Below the pieces are notes generated by a model. That model was given only the letters and a program-made list of their open reading frames with translations. It searched no databases and was not told the origin of the DNA. A DNA stretch of 64,000 bases from Tubulanus polymorphus (Eukaryota; Animalia; Nemertea): assembly GCF_964204645.1 (NCBI RefSeq), contig NC_134026.1, positions 19,316,150-19,380,149 on the forward strand, read 5' to 3'. Numbering within the stretch: the first letter of the stretch is position 1; the number at the start of each line of letters is the position of its first letter. Below are positions 62,485 to 64,000 of the stretch, in pieces. Made by a program: the position numbers and the translations under genes.

Positions 62485-64000
62485 ATGGATGATTCGATAG
62501 ATTCGCAGCTGATATCGTTCTCTACGGTCGACGAAGAAAAAGAATCTGATGTTGCGAGAAAAAAGCGTCGGCGCTCGCAGCTTTATGTGAATAATGAAAA
62601 TGAGTTTGGTGTTGTCAGTCCTGGTTCCCGACGACTCGAAAATACAGACGAACCTTCATCGTCGTCGCCAACAGAAGAGAAGCTGCAAGACAGTTTTACC
62701 AATATCGTTCTTCCATTCGACGAACCAGATGATGCAATATCTATCGTTGGTGAAAAAAATCATAAACCGAAACGAAAACCGAGGCAGTCAGCCGATCGAT
62801 TTATCATTAATGCTGCCGGCGGTCTGCTGGAGGACGACGGCAACGCGATAGATGCCGACGAAATCCCCGGCATTCGTCGTTCTACGCGATTAAGGCGTAA
62901 ATCGATCACGTTGTTTCGCAATCAGAAAAAGTTGCAGATGATCGAAGAGGCGGCGACGCGACGCAAAAACGATCGGTATCCGATTCGCGCGATATCGCCT
63001 ACGAAAGAGCGAAGCGACGAACGGAATGTTGAATTTTTCGGGGAAATAATCGCTATGTGCTCCGTTTCGCCGAGTGTTACCGAGTGTTACGACGTAGTTG
63101 CTTCTGAATCTGCGTCACCCGGCCATGACGGCGGTCTTCCCGATCCAGCGGCGAATCTAGACCTTGTTAAGTTATCAAACGACGTTCAATTATCAGAAAA
63201 CGATGTTTCGGAATCTAAAAGTGTCTCGAAACGAAAAAGAGGCGTTGCTTGTCGAAAAATGGCACCTGCGATCGGAGGTGTCGATAGCGATGTTATCGTT
63301 GAAGAGACCTGTAACAGCGATATTCCTGTTTCATCGGAACAAACGTTGGTAGAAACAGAAAGGCCCGTCAGGAGAACTAGAACTCGACTAAATATCGATA
63401 CTCAGAATCGGACTGTTAGCGAGGGTAAACCTACCAGGCGCAGATTTGGCAACAATAACCAGAAGAATGTCGAAGACTCGACGTCGACGAAAACTGATTC
63501 GCCGCGGAAAAAACGGAAAACGAAAAAATCTGAATCGCCCCAACTGAATTTAGAAGAATATTACACGAATAAAAACTATAAGAAACCGGATGAGAAATCG
63601 TGGGAAACGATCTACGAGGAATCGCCAACGACGACGAGCGCGGCAAATCAGTCGGGTCATACGGGTAAGAACGCAACGCGCGTCGGAATCGGGAAGAAAC
63701 GATTGAAACGTTACATCCTATTCGACGAGGGTCTCGTTGCCAAGTATAAACAGCGGTTTTTGAAAGCGCGTAAACGTGGTCGCAAACGTTTGACCGGCAA
63801 ACGCGAGCAGTTGATCGAACGGTTGCTCGACGAGAAATTGGACAATTTAGCGCGCAGCTTGGCGAGTAGTGCGGGTGATGGCGACGGTGTCGATACCGCG
63901 GCGCTGTCTCCGGTATCGCGTTGTACGAAAGTTTTGGATTCGACGGACAATGATCGCGTTTCATTGAGCAGTGATATGTCAGCGGTTACGACGTCTCCTC
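62485..64000 (+). CDS. PRR14/PRR14L/Tantalus-like protein (open to the window end)
   Basis: Uninterrupted frame from ATG 62485 (acceptor at 62475): MDDSIDSQL... with the Tantalus-like motif LEEYYTNKNYKKPDEKSWETIYEE..GKKRLKRYILF. Absent from the ORF track because no stop falls within the window. Confidence 0.8.
   Translation, partial: MDDSIDSQLISFSTVDEEKESDVARKKRRRSQLYVNNENEFGVVSPGSRRLENTDEPSSSSPTEEKLQDSFTNIVLPFDEPDDAISIVGEKNHKPKRKPRQSADRFIINAAGGLLEDDGNAIDADEIPGIRRSTRLRRKSITLFRNQKKLQMIEEAATRRKNDRYPIRAISPTKERSDERNVEFFGEIIAMCSVSPSVTECYDVVASESASPGHDGGLPDPAANLDLVKLSNDVQLSENDVSESKSVSKRKRGVACRKMAPAIGGVDSDVIVEETCNSDIPVSSEQTLVETERPVRRTRTRLNIDTQNRTVSEGKPTRRRFGNNNQKNVEDSTSTKTDSPRKKRKTKKSESPQLNLEEYYTNKNYKKPDEKSWETIYEESPTTTSAANQSGHTGKNATRVGIGKKRLKRYILFDEGLVAKYKQRFLKARKRGRKRLTGKREQLIERLLDEKLDNLARSLASSAGDGDGVDTAALSPVSRCTKVLDSTDNDRVSLSSDMSAVTTSP

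Noticed and set aside
63431-63964. 177-aa and 79-aa - strand ORFs
   Set aside because: Shadow ORFs of the + strand PRR14-like frame.

Overview
AT-rich, intron-containing animal genomic DNA, probably a marine invertebrate or spiralian (inferred from protein sequences and repeat families). Seven protein-coding genes are visible: the 5' end of ULK4 (-), NHP2 (-), PUF60 (+), ZFYVE28/LST2 (-), BRE1/RNF20-40 (+), an intronless rhodopsin-class GPCR nested antisense in a BRE1 intron, and a PRR14/Tantalus-like ORF that runs off the window end. Introns and intergenic DNA are dense with MITEs, a Helentron-type (HINE/DINE-1-like) element carrying a 154-bp tandem array, SINEs, and L2/CR1 fragments. The most striking feature is a young Penelope-like retroelement just upstream of PUF60. 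It has perfect 145-bp inverted pLTRs, each holding a minimal hammerhead ribozyme, and the inversion creates an intact endonuclease-only GIY-YIG ORF facing away from the PUF60 promoter. Other leads: a K-turn/box C/D-like structured RNA next to a 5' splice site in NHP2; a cluster of U-tract decoy acceptors in PUF60; TE-borne arrays of CTCF-like motifs; TTAGGG-carrying MITEs; and candidate BRE1 microexons flanked by a UUCGU motif cluster. All exon boundaries, alignments and RNA folds were worked out by eye, with no database searches.
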